From NCBI GenBank assembly GCA_965223905.1, contig CBDCXV010000010.1, positions 1,568,001-1,632,000 of the forward strand: a stretch of DNA of 64,000 nucleotides, given 5' to 3'. Position numbers and translations under genes: made by a program. Below, one piece after another: positions 31,793 to 42,199 of the stretch. The notes beneath the pieces were generated by a model, which was given only the letters and a program-made list of their open reading frames with translations, had not been told where the DNA came from and made no database searches. Source of the DNA: Candidatus Latescibacterota bacterium (lineage in GTDB: Bacteria; Latescibacterota; UBA2968; UBA8231). How positions within the stretch are numbered: position 1 is the first letter of the stretch; every line of letters starts with the position of its first letter.

Positions 31793-33238
31793 ATGAGTGC
31801 GATTCTCTCTCTGGAAGTTTTTCAGGAGCGGCAGAGTCAGGACCGCTTTCGAAGCCGGGCGCATGAAGCCTTGGACCAATGGCTGGATCGGGTGGAGACG
31901 CAAATGAGCGAGCGCGGATCTTGTGCGCCGACGTTGATGGAGATCACCGCGGCGATGTCTCAAGAGCGCTCCGGGCTCACCGCGGCCTTGGTGGAAGCCT
32001 TCGTCGAACGCCGCCACGGCCATTTCCTGGCCCAGGAAGAGGCGGCCTGCCCCAAGTGCAAAGGCCTGCTGCGAGCGCGCCCGTCTCGCTCGCGCACGGT
32101 GGAGACGCTGCTCGGGCCGGTGACCTTGGAGCGTCCCTATTTCTACTGCGTTGGCTGTCACCACGGGTTCTATCCGCTGGACGAGGCCCTGGGCCTGTCG
32201 GCGCAGCGCAAGCAGTGGGACGTGCAGCAGGCCGGGGTCAAGCTGGGGCTGGAGATGCCCCACCGGCGCGCCGCCGAACTGTTGGACGAGCTCACCGACG
32301 CGTCGATGAGCGATTGTGTGATTCACGAGGTGCTGCAACAGACCGGGTCGTTGGACGTGCTGCAGGTGTGTCCGGACGCGGCCGATATCCAGGATCGCAT
32401 TGCGCAAGCCGCCGCCGGTCGCAAGTGGCGGCCGATCGTGGTGTTGGCCATCGACGCGGCCGACGTGCCCAGTCGTCCCCAGACCGCCAAAGGCACCCGT
32501 CCCGGACGCAAGAAGAGCCGGGCTCGGCGAAGGCGTTGGCAGGGGGAATACCACGAAGCCAAGGGCTTTCGCTTCTACCTGATAGACGATGAGCGCATCG
32601 AGCAGCTGATCTCCTGGCACCAGATGGGCAACGAACAGGCCTTCGGCGCGGCCTTGCGCCAGGTCAAGGAGGCGGGGCTGATCCCGGAGGATCAGGTGCG
32701 CTTGTGTGCCATCGGAGATGGCGCTCCGTGGATCTGGAAGTGGGTGGAAGAGCTGTTCCCGAGCGCCCGTCAGATCCTCGACTACTACCATTGCAGCAGC
32801 TACCTGCACGCGGTGGCCGAGGCCCAATACGGCGCCGATGCGGCGCGTGCTGCCCATTGGCTGGAAGCGACCCTGGCGCGCCTGTTCTGCGGCGAGGGCA
32901 GCGGCGTGGTCTGGGGTCTGCAGCGCATGCAGCCGCTCTCGGAAGAGGCCGGAGAGGCCATCGGCACGGCCTTGACCTACCTGCAAAAGCGACTGCACCA
33001 GGTCGATTTCGGCAGCCATCGCAAGGGCGGATACCCGATCGGGTCGGGGGCGATCGAATCGGCGCATCGCTTCATCGGCCACGTTCGTCTGAAACGGTCG
33101 GGCGCTTGGTGGTATAAGGAAAACAGCAACGCCATTCTGGCCCTGCGCTGCGCCTTGTACAATGGAACGCTTGACCGGGTCTTTCAGCAGTACCGAGAAA
33201 ACCTAAAAACAACCACCGAAACCGTAACAATCAGCTAA
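31793..33238 (+). mobile_element. ISKra4-type (IS256 superfamily) transposase
   Basis: Zn-ribbon CPKC/CVGC; GDGAPWIW, LDYYH, GYPIGSGAIES and RLKRSGAWW motifs. Confidence 0.8.
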
Positions 33239-33544
33239 GACACCCTTCTCCTGACGAACCTTCACGAGAAGATTTTGTACACGTACAGGAAGAGGGCCAC
33301 ACTATCGGTCTATCAATTTTATTTTTTGACGGCGAGGGGGGAGGACTTCAGGGCATTTGGGGTTTGGAGGGAGGTGAGCTGGTGGCGGACCACGGAGATC
33401 ATATGGGTGATGCAACAAACTCGGGATATTGGATCATAGTCGAATACTTTGGTGATTGCTGCATTGATGATTCCAGTGCCGGGCCGACTACCTGGGGATC
33501 TCTGAAACGGGAATCGGTTAGCAAATAGGGCCGTGTCGCTGTTT

Positions 33545-33618
33545 CTTAGTCAATGGGATTCGAACCCGGGTAACCTTCGACTGCGACGCCGATGCTCTAT
33601 CATTTGAGCTACAGAGGC
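33545..33618 (-). pseudogene. Degenerate tRNA-like sequence
   Basis: GCCTCTG-TA-GCTC-AAATGATA-GAGC D-arm and GGTTCGAATCCC T-loop; acceptor stem unpaired and anticodon loop only 6 nt. Confidence 0.55.
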
Positions 33619-34243
33619 TCAAAACGCCGTGGTCGGATGGGACCCCCATCTCCTGCTCTCTCCGATGAAACTGCTGGAGAAGCTGGCGGCTCTGGTTCTC
33701 CCGCCCCGGTTTCATCTCCTGCGCAACCACGGGGTCCTGGCGCCCCGGGCCCAGATCCGCGACCTCATCGTGCCGGCCCAACCGGTTGCCGAGCCGGCGG
33801 CGGCGGACGGCTCGGCGAGCGCTGCGTCCTGCGGCCATCGGCGGCGGTGGGCGACCCTGCTGGCGCGGGTGTTTTCCTCCGACCTCAGCGAATGCGCTGC
33901 CTGTGGCGGTCGCCTGAGAATCATCGCCGCCCTGACCGATCCGGCTTCGATCCGGACCTGTCTGGAGGGGGTAGGGCTGCCGGCGATGCCCCCGCCTGAG
34001 CCGCTGTTCGAGTTCGCCGCCTGACCTGCCTTCTCGACCCGTGGCCGTCGCCGGGTACGGCTGGGTGTGCCCTCAACGGTCCCTCAGGCCCCGGATTGAT
34101 CCGGATACGGGCCGACAGGCAACCAAACTACTGCGAGCTCGGTCGAAGGACTGGCAACGATCCTCAGGGGAGTTGCCAGACCCTTGCGGTACGCTCAGCG
34201 CCTTGACCGAGAGTCCAAAAAAGGTGCCTCATTTTACCTATAC
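33617..34243 (+). mobile_element. ISCR/IS91-like remnant 1 (transposase 3' part plus oriIS end)
   Basis: LLEKLAALV.PPRFHLLR.HGVLAP; ends ATTTTACCTATAC (34231-34243). Confidence 0.85.
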
Positions 34244-34909
34244 TTCGATCCCGAACTCAAGGCCGGAGACCTGCTGCTCGTAAACGAGCACACCTGGCAC
34301 AAAGCGCCGAGCGGCACTTCCTCGGAAGATCGGTGCGGAATCTTCAACAAGTATTGTGCAGTCGACGCGCCTCCAGCTGCTGGCTACTATCCGTATAGCC
34401 CGGCAGCCCTCGACGCCCTGAGTGATGCCGGCAAGCGTCTCATCCCCGTCTGTTTTGACAAACCGATCACGACGACGCGCCTTCTAATAGAGCATCCGTC
34501 CGGTCAGGAATCGAGATACCTGATGCTGCATGACGACGAGCACGACCGCTGGGAACTGCCGGGGGGAGAAGGCTGGGAAGAGGAAGGGGTTGGCTGGGAT
34601 ATCGGCGCGCGGATCGGCTCTCTGCAGGAACTCACAAAGACACAGCTCGGACTGGACATCCCGTGGATGTCCTACATCGAGGATGTTGAAACGAAAGACG
34701 GTGTCTGCCGACTGTACGGCTACTCCGATGAAACATTGCCTCCTGACCAACTGGCCCGCGATCGGCATGAGTGGTTCACGAAAGACCAGCTACGGCGACT
34801 CCTCGGTGAGAGCGACTGGATCTGTCGCGCCGTCCAGACCTGGAAGCGCCGGGATATCATTCGAGGCAAAGGCAAGGTGGTCCGCCAGAGCGAACGGCAG
34901 TTCGAGTGA
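34244..34909 (+). pseudogene. 5'-truncated PhyH-like/NUDIX-like protein
   Basis: ELKAGDLLL...TWH...R (PhyH C-terminus) followed by WELPGG; begins at the oriIS boundary. Confidence 0.55.
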
Positions 34910-35511
34910 CGCACACTGGCTTACCGACCGGCCACAGGATTCACATAGTTGGGAATAGCTGCGCTGGAAAAAGCACCTTGGGAGCGCAGCTGTCGGCCGC
35001 CCTCGGCGTCCCCTTGGTGGAGTTGGACGCGCTCAATTGGCAACCTGGCTGGGTTGCTCTGAGCGACACAAACCCCGAGGAACTCGAACGGAGAATAGGC
35101 GAAGCAACCCGTGGTGATGGATGGGTTGTGGCCGGCTCCTACATGCAATTTTCACAACGCATTTTCTGGCCACGCCTGGAGACGATCGCTGGCTGGATTT
35201 GCCCATGGTTCCACTCATCTGGCGAATGCTGATTCGATTCGTGGCGTCGCTGGCGGTCGCAGGAGCCGCTTTGGGGGACAAACTACGAGCGTTTCTGGCC
35301 CCAGCTCATGGTCTGGCGCAAGGAGGATTCGCTGCTATGGTGGATTGTCACGCAGCACCGGCGCACGCGTCGCAGTATGCTGGCATATACTACTGAATCG
35401 TCTTGGAACCACATACGATTTGTGCGTCTTAGATCTTCTGCTGAGGTCGGGGCGTTTTCACAGGCTGTGGCACTCAGGACTGACAGCCTGACAGGCCTCA
35501 ACGAGCTTTGA
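34906..35511 (+). pseudogene. Adenylate kinase-like (FlaR/topology modulation) P-loop protein, two frameshifts
   Basis: IHIVGNSCAGKST, ELDALNW and WLDLP distributed across three frames. Confidence 0.7.
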
Positions 35512-35528
35512 TCACATGAAGGAGTGAA

Positions 35529-36518
35529 GTGGAATACCGGAGGCTGGGCAATTTGGGTATCGAAGTCTCGGTGATGGGTCTGGGTTGCTGGCCCTTCGCG
35601 GGCGGCTCGATCTGGGGCGATCAGGACGACGATCAATCGATTGCGACGGTGCGCGCCGCACTGGACGCGGGCATCAACCTCTTCGACACGGCAGAGGCAT
35701 ACGAGAAGGGTGAGTCCGAGCGTGTTCTCGCACGTGGTCTGGAAGGGAGGCGCCAGCAGGCGGTGATCGCAACCAAGGTAGCCCCGAACCACCTGACTGC
35801 GGAAGGGATCGCGTCCGCCTGCGAGGAGAGCCTCAAAAATCTGAATACGGACTACATCGACCTGTACCAGATCCACTGGCCAAATCACGACATCCCGATC
35901 GACACGTCCTGGCGCGCGCTCGAGGATCTGGTGAGGGAGGGCAAGGTGCGCGCGCTCGGTGTCGCGAACTTCGCCGTCGGCGACCTGTCCGATCTGATCG
36001 AGGTTGGCCGGCCGGAGACGAACCAGCTGCCCTTCAGCCTTCTGTGGCGGGCAATCGAGTTTGAAATCCTGCCGCTCTGCCGCGAGAGCGCGATCGGGTT
36101 GATATGCTACAGTCCGCTGGCGCAGGGGCTGCTGACGGGAAGGTATGCGACGGCTGACGAGGTTCCGGAGGGGCTGGCCCGGACGCGATGGTATGCGAGC
36201 TCCCGCGCGCAGGCCGGACACGGCGAGCCGGGATGCGAGGCAGCTGTTTTCAGCGCCATCTCCGGCATTCGCGAGTTGAGCCGCCAGGTTGGCGCCCCGA
36301 TGGCGAGCGTGGCACTCGCCTGGGTGAGACAGCAGAGGGGAGTGACATCCTTCCTGGTCGGCGCCCGGGATGCGGACGAACTGGAGACCAACCTGCCGAC
36401 GCTTTCGTTGGAGCTCGACGCAGCTACGATGGCCGAGTTAGAGCGCCTGACACAACCTGTCAAAGACGCCATCGGCCGGAACCCTGACATGTGGATGTCC
36501 GACTCCCGGATGCGATGA
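35529..36518 (+). CDS. Aldo/keto reductase
   Basis: GLGCW, FDTAEAY, TDYIDLYQIHWP and YSPLAQGLLTG motifs. Confidence 0.9.
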   Translation: MEYRRLGNLGIEVSVMGLGCWPFAGGSIWGDQDDDQSIATVRAALDAGINLFDTAEAYEKGESERVLARGLEGRRQQAVIATKVAPNHLTAEGIASACEESLKNLNTDYIDLYQIHWPNHDIPIDTSWRALEDLVREGKVRALGVANFAVGDLSDLIEVGRPETNQLPFSLLWRAIEFEILPLCRESAIGLICYSPLAQGLLTGRYATADEVPEGLARTRWYASSRAQAGHGEPGCEAAVFSAISGIRELSRQVGAPMASVALAWVRQQRGVTSFLVGARDADELETNLPTLSLELDAATMAELERLTQPVKDAIGRNPDMWMSDSRMR

Positions 36519-36638
36519 GCCGGGCTGCGCCAGCGCCTCGGGGCTCGTTCGACCAAAGAGGAGGTAGGCGAACATGATCAAACAAACTCACACCGTCGTC
36601 GACATCGCCATCGTCTGCAGCGACTTCGACAAATCGCT

Positions 36639-37799
36639 ATGAAAGTCACGAAGATCGAGACCCTGCGGGCCAGCCGCTTTATCTACGTGCGGGTGCACAC
36701 TGACGAGGGCATAGCGGGGGTCGGCGAGTTGCACCCCGCAAGCGGCACCAGCGGCACGTCGTTTGCGCCCATTGCGGCGGTGGATTACTGCGCCGAGTAC
36801 CTGATCGGCAAGGATCCCCTCCACATTGAGCGCAACTGGCAGCACATGTTCCGCCGCTGCGTGTTTCGCGGCGGCGCAGACACCATGGCCGCGATCGGTG
36901 CAATCGACATCGCGCTATGGGACATCAAGGGCAAGGTAGCCGAGCTACCCGTCCATTCGCTGCTAGGCGGTCCTACGCGGGAGCGCGTGCGCGTGTACTC
37001 CCATCTGCAGGGCGATACCCCGGCGGAGTTGGCCGCAGACGCCCGGAGCATGGTCGAGGCCGGCTACACAGCCCTGCGCCTCTATCCGTTCGGGGCCTTT
37101 GCGTCCGGCGAGGGCACAAGCCTAGAACAACTGTCGTTCCGCGGCATGGCTAAGCACGCCGCGGCTACCTTGCAGGCGGTCCGCGACGCCGTGGGTGACG
37201 AGATCGATCTCATGGTCGACGTGGTCAACCGCCTCACGCCGCCGGAGGCCATCGAGGTGGCCAAGGCCCTTGAGCCCTATGGCCTGTTTTTTTTCGAGGA
37301 TCCCATCGAGCCCGAGAACATGGACGCGTGGGGCCATATCGCGGCAAATATGCCGGTGCCCGTGGCCATGGGCGAGCGGCTCTACACCACCTACCAGTTC
37401 CGCGAGTTGCTGGCCCACAAGGGGGCCTCGTACATCCGGCCGGACCTGTCGCTCGCCGGTGGAGTCACGAATTGCAAAAAGATCGCGGCGCTTGCCGAAG
37501 CAAGCTACGTGGGAGTCGCCCCGCACAACCCTCTGAGTTGCGTCCTGACCGCGGCGTGCGTGCAACTCGACGCCGCCATCCACAACGTCGCCATCCAGGA
37601 GTACCCGCGGGACGAGTACGATGCCCCGAAACGGGATCTGGTCGAGATGCCACTGCGACGCGAGGGCGGTTTCCTGATTGTGCCGCAGACTCCCGGCATT
37701 GGAATTGAACTGAACGACGAAGCGTTCCCGCACTATCCGCCTGTGCCCTATACCCGGTCGCCGGTGATTGGACCCGACGGCGCCCTGCGGGACTACTGA
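36639..37799 (+). CDS. Mandelate racemase/galactonate dehydratase-family enolase
   Basis: IDIALWDIKGK, FFEDP, GER, PHNP and PGIGIE motifs. Confidence 0.9.
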   Translation: MKVTKIETLRASRFIYVRVHTDEGIAGVGELHPASGTSGTSFAPIAAVDYCAEYLIGKDPLHIERNWQHMFRRCVFRGGADTMAAIGAIDIALWDIKGKVAELPVHSLLGGPTRERVRVYSHLQGDTPAELAADARSMVEAGYTALRLYPFGAFASGEGTSLEQLSFRGMAKHAAATLQAVRDAVGDEIDLMVDVVNRLTPPEAIEVAKALEPYGLFFFEDPIEPENMDAWGHIAANMPVPVAMGERLYTTYQFRELLAHKGASYIRPDLSLAGGVTNCKKIAALAEASYVGVAPHNPLSCVLTAACVQLDAAIHNVAIQEYPRDEYDAPKRDLVEMPLRREGGFLIVPQTPGIGIELNDEAFPHYPPVPYTRSPVIGPDGALRDY

Positions 37800-37943
37800 T
37801 TAGAGCACCTTTGGACGCCACGGTATTCCACGCGGGCCCCGGCAGACGACTAGCGAAAAGCTCGGTACTCGTCCCGAGGCAAGTACCCTGTCCGCCCTCT
37901 TAGAGAACTGATAGATGCTATCGAGCATGAAGGTTGGAGGCGT

Positions 37944-39014
37944 ATGATCAGGCTGACTCAAATAACCTCAGAGCAGTTGGAGTGGTACAAAGAACAAACT
38001 GGGGGCTTCTATGGAATGGATTTCAATTTTGGAGGACCATCGGGATTTTTCGGCTTCTATGGCGAGTTTGCTATCTCCAGCGAAGGCCAGGTTGACTTGG
38101 CAAACCTCCTGGTAGCCCATTCTTGCGAACACGAGCAGGAGGAGATGATTGCCGAGATTAGTGCTCTGCGACAGACTATCATGGATGGTCTGTGGTCTGC
38201 TACATTGCGCCAGGAAAATCGCCTCGAAGCTGTCTGGGAGGAGTTTAAGTTGGAGTTTTTCTCCCAACCAACGCGCGATGGAACGGTCGCAACTCATTTG
38301 TTACTCTCACACGACGATCCCGCCATTTTTAGGAACTCCTTGCGGGCACGATCGGAACGCAGGAGGGGCTACTACCCCGTAAGTCCAGAGCAAGCCCCTG
38401 AACAGGCTGAGGCTGTTGACGTGGCGGAACTTGCGCGTCGCATTCAGGGCAAGCCACTAGTGGCGTTCACGGGCGCTGGGTTATCGGCCGCGGCAGGTAT
38501 TCCCGCGTTTGACGGGAAAGGTGGACTGCAGGAGCAATTCCCCATCGACAATTACCGTTTTCCCGGTGCTGTTGCCGATTGGATAATACACCGACCTCGT
38601 GAGACGGCTATAGTACTTGGAACATTCTATACCCGCTTTATGACAGCCAGCCCCACCGAAGCCCATGCGGCTCTTGCACAATTGGAGAAACACGGAATAC
38701 TGAAGCATATCATTACGGGCAATTTTGACGGGCTGCACGAATGGGCCGGTAGCCAAAAAGTGCATATAAACGAACCCAAGTACTTTAAAAGCTCAGACGA
38801 GGGCTGGGCTTGGATCGAGGAAGGTCAGGTAGCTTTGGTTGCAGGCGTGTCGATGGATGCAAATAACGGTCTGCTGGACTATGCCCGTGACAACGCCCTC
38901 CAAATCGTCGTTGTGGCTCCAGAAAGACCGGCCTTCATGCATGCACAGGACTGGTTTGTCGAGGGTCTTGCCGAGGATGTCTTGCCCGAACTGGCAAAGC
39001 TGCTCACCACCTGA
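37944..39014 (+). CDS. Sir2-like protein with an unknown N-terminal domain
   Basis: FTGAGLSAAAGIP, PTEAH and ITGNFDGLH motifs. Confidence 0.75.
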   Translation: MIRLTQITSEQLEWYKEQTGGFYGMDFNFGGPSGFFGFYGEFAISSEGQVDLANLLVAHSCEHEQEEMIAEISALRQTIMDGLWSATLRQENRLEAVWEEFKLEFFSQPTRDGTVATHLLLSHDDPAIFRNSLRARSERRRGYYPVSPEQAPEQAEAVDVAELARRIQGKPLVAFTGAGLSAAAGIPAFDGKGGLQEQFPIDNYRFPGAVADWIIHRPRETAIVLGTFYTRFMTASPTEAHAALAQLEKHGILKHIITGNFDGLHEWAGSQKVHINEPKYFKSSDEGWAWIEEGQVALVAGVSMDANNGLLDYARDNALQIVVVAPERPAFMHAQDWFVEGLAEDVLPELAKLLTT

Positions 39015-39044
39015 TCATGCACTAACCGCTTTCGCCAGAGCTTC

Positions 39045-40198
39045 TCAGGTGCCCTCCTCGACCTGGCGCGCCATCTGCGCCATATAGGCGGCTCGACCCA
39101 TGAGGTCTTTCTTGTAGTTCCAGCGCATCTTTTCCGGGTACATCACCAGGGAGCGATCCGCCAAGGGCAGGGACACCCGGGCGCCGCCCTGCCGGTGCGA
39201 TTGGCGCAGGGCCACGGCCAACTCCAGGGCATGGCGCAAATCGTCGCCGCTGGTGATTGCCAAGTCTCCGCCTTCTTCGAGGACGCGGACGATATCCTCG
39301 ACAATGGCCCGCATCACCGGCCCGGAATCCTGCCAGCCCTCGTCGTCGTACCCCCTCTCCTCCTCGGTGTATTGCTCGAACACCCCTTCCACCTCGACCA
39401 AAGGGGCCCCTCGACCGCTGTGCTTGAACAGGCGCAAACCTAGGGCCGTATTGTTCCAATTGCAGATCAGTCCCTCGCTGCCCACCACCTCGAGGCCGCG
39501 CCAGGCCGGGCCCGGGAAGCTGCTGAAGCACTCTATGCCATTGTCAAAGCGAATGTACCCGCCCACGCCGCCGAAACCAGTGGCTCCTTCCTCGTAGGGT
39601 TCCTCGTGATCGCTATGGGGATCGCCCTCGACCCGGCCGACGACCCACTCCGCCGGCGCCCTGGCGGCGAACTTGCGCGCCAAGTTCAAACCGTGGCAGC
39701 CACCCTGGCCGTTGCCGTCGTACAGATTGATGCCCTGCACTTGGCCAATCGCCCCCCCCCCCCCGCGCGCGGCCAACTCGCAGGCCCGGCGGTAGTCTGG
39801 ATGGCTCGACACCATGACGCCCGAGGCCAGATACACGCCCCGCCGCTGGCAGCTCTCCACCATGCGGTCGGCTGCGGACAGCCGGGCCGTCAGCGGTTTT
39901 TCGCAAAAGATGGCCTTGACCCCGGCCTGGGCCGCGGCCACTACTGCTCCGGCGTTGGCTCCCACCGGCAGCACTGGCATGGCGATATCGATCGACTCGC
40001 GTGCCAACATCTCCTCGTAGGTGGCGTAGCCGGGCACCCCGAAGCGGCGGCAACCCAGCGCCAGATTTTCCGCATCCGTATCGGCAATGGCCACCACCTC
40101 GCACAAGGGGTGCACATCAAAGGCCGGGCCCGACTGGTGCCGGCCCGTCCGCAGCCAATGACGCCGACCCGGTATTTGGCTTCTCGCTTTTCTCGCAT
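39045..40198 (-). pseudogene. Gfo/Idh/MocA oxidoreductase, frameshift near 40125
   Basis: VGVIGCGRAG in one frame and IFCEKPL in the next. Confidence 0.75.
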
Positions 40199-40221
40199 GG
40201 AGAGCTGTCCTAGCTATTGGA

Positions 40222-40439
40222 TTACTTGGGGAAATAGGGCAGTTCGAGACCGGATATGTGCTGCAGGATGCGGATCACCTGGGCGCTGTAGCCGTACTCG
40301 TTGTCGGGTACCACACGTACAGCACGCAGCGCTTGCCCTGGGTAATGGTCGCCCCCGAGTCGACGATGCCGCTTCTCTCATTGCCGACGAAGTCGCTCGA
40401 TACCACCTCGGGCGAGCTAGTGTAATCGATCTGGCCCCG
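40222..40439 (-). pseudogene. gap: 3' fragment of glyceraldehyde-3-phosphate dehydrogenase
   Basis: QIDYTSSPEVVSSDFVG...VLYVWY[frameshift]DNEYGYSAQV. Confidence 0.8.
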
Positions 40440-41336
40440 TGTTTCTGCGCGTGGTGGGCCGTTGGTATCGGCGTCAGGCGCAGGCCATGGGCCATGACCG
40501 CGCGCGGTGGGGCTCGGTGACCTTCGTCCAAAGATTCGGTTCCTCCCTGAACCTCAATCCCCACGTACACGTGCTCATGCTCGACGGGGTCTACGTCGAT
40601 GGGGAGGACGCTCCGGTTTCCGTTCCGGCCCCGCCGTTGTCCGACCAAGCCGTTCAGCAGATCGTGGAGACGAGTGCGCGCCGCATCATCCGCTGGTGCA
40701 CGAAACGCGGCCTGCTCGACGACACCGCAGCGGATCCGCTCACCGACGAGGAGCCGGTGCTGGCGGCTCTCACCGCGGCTTCGGTGCGAGGGATCACCGC
40801 CACCGGGGCACGCGCCGGCCAACGCCCTGCGCCGGGTCCTGAAAGATCCGGCCACCGGGGTGCGTACGGCGCCCTTGTGCTTTGCTTCGCGCGGCTTTTG
40901 GCTGCATGCGGCAACGCGGATCGCAGGCCCTGACCGGCGGGGGCTCGAACGCTTGTGCCGCTACGTGGCCCGGCCGGCCCTGGCGGGAGGGCGTCTGCGC
41001 CTCGTCGATGCCGACCCTCTTTCCTTGGCGCTCAAAACGCCGTGGTCGGATGGGACCCGCCCTCTCCTGCTGTCGCCGATGGAACTGCTGGAGAAGCTGG
41101 CGGCTCTGGTTCCCCCGCCCCGGTTTCATCTCCTGCGCTACCACGGGGTCCTGGCCCCCCGGGCCCGGGCCCGCGACCGCATCGTGCCGGCCCAACCGGG
41201 TGCCGAGCCGGCGGCGGCGGACGGCTCGGCGAGCGCTGCGTCCTGCGGCCATCGACTGCGGTGGGGGACCCTGCTGGCGCGGGTGTTTTCCTCCGACCTC
41301 AGCGAATGCGCGGCCTGTGGCGGTCGCCTGAGAATC
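40439..41336 (+). mobile_element. ISCR/IS91-like remnant 2 (HUH and Tyr core, frameshifted, no oriIS)
   Basis: QRFGSSLNLNPHVH (HUH), LERLCRYVARP (catalytic Y), LKTPWSDGT. Confidence 0.9.
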
Positions 41337-41337
41337 T

Positions 41338-42183
41338 GACACTGCGCTCGACCGTGCTGAAGACTTCCTCGAACAGTTTGGTGGGAAGTACGCAACAGCG
41401 GATGCTCAGCGGATCTTCGACGATCCGGAGATCGATGCGGTCATGATCCAGACGGGAGAATTACACCATCCCGCACTTGGCATAGCGGCTGCCCGGGCGG
41501 GGAAGCACATGTTCATCGAAAAGCCTATCGCCCGCACGCTCGCGGAAGCGGACAAACTGGTGCATGCTGTTCACGAAGCCGGGGTGAAATTCCAGTTGGG
41601 GTTCTGTTTCGAGTACTCACCAACAATTGAACGGGCAAAGCAGTTGATGCCACACCCGGCTTACTCCGTGTGCCAGTGTGCTGCGTCACTCACCGGTCAG
41701 GCCTGCCACAACATCGATCTGATCGTTCACAAGATCCATGATGCGCCACTCACAGCCGTATATGCCTCGGGCGGCAAGTATTTCGACTTCGAGCAGGATT
41801 TGCCCATCGACTCCTTCGCCGCGGTATTTCACTTTGACGATGGCTCTACATGCAGCTATGTACAGCATGGTGTGATGAATCCGCAGCTGAGCAAGTTCCA
41901 GTTCCAGCTTTTCGGTCCGGAGGGGTGTGTGTATGTAGCTGACCGCTTCCGTGAGGTGCTCTGGTATCCCGCGAGTGGTAGCCCTGCTGAGCCCCATCGC
42001 GACGATGTGCTCTACATGGGGCATCTACAAGAAATCGAAGACTTCACGCGATGTATCCTCGAGGATGACCTGCCTGTCAACACCGTGGACCGTGCGCGAT
42101 TCGTCCTCGCAGTAGAAAAAGCGCTCATCGAGAGCGCCACCACCGGTCGGGCTATCGCGGTCACACAACCGCAGATAGCTTGA
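41338..42183 (+). pseudogene. 5'-truncated Gfo/Idh/MocA oxidoreductase
   Basis: DPEIDAV, GKHMFIEKP; the Rossmann start is replaced by ISCR sequence. Confidence 0.75.
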
Positions 42184-42199
42184 CTCGAAAGGGATCGTC

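Noticed and set aside
31690-33260. Terminal inverted repeats of the ISKra4-type element
   Set aside because: Only weak candidates (GGTGCG / ACACCC) were visible, so the boundaries are not called.
33545-33618. Functional tRNA gene
   Set aside because: The acceptor stem does not pair and the anticodon loop has 6 nt; kept only as a remnant.
34184-34243. N-terminus of the 241-aa ORF 34184-34909
   Set aside because: It is translated from the non-coding ISCR tail; the real gene is 5'-truncated.
34203-34244. Outward promoter in the ISCR oriIS (TTGACC ... TATACT)
   Set aside because: The spacing is about 30 bp, incompatible with sigma70.
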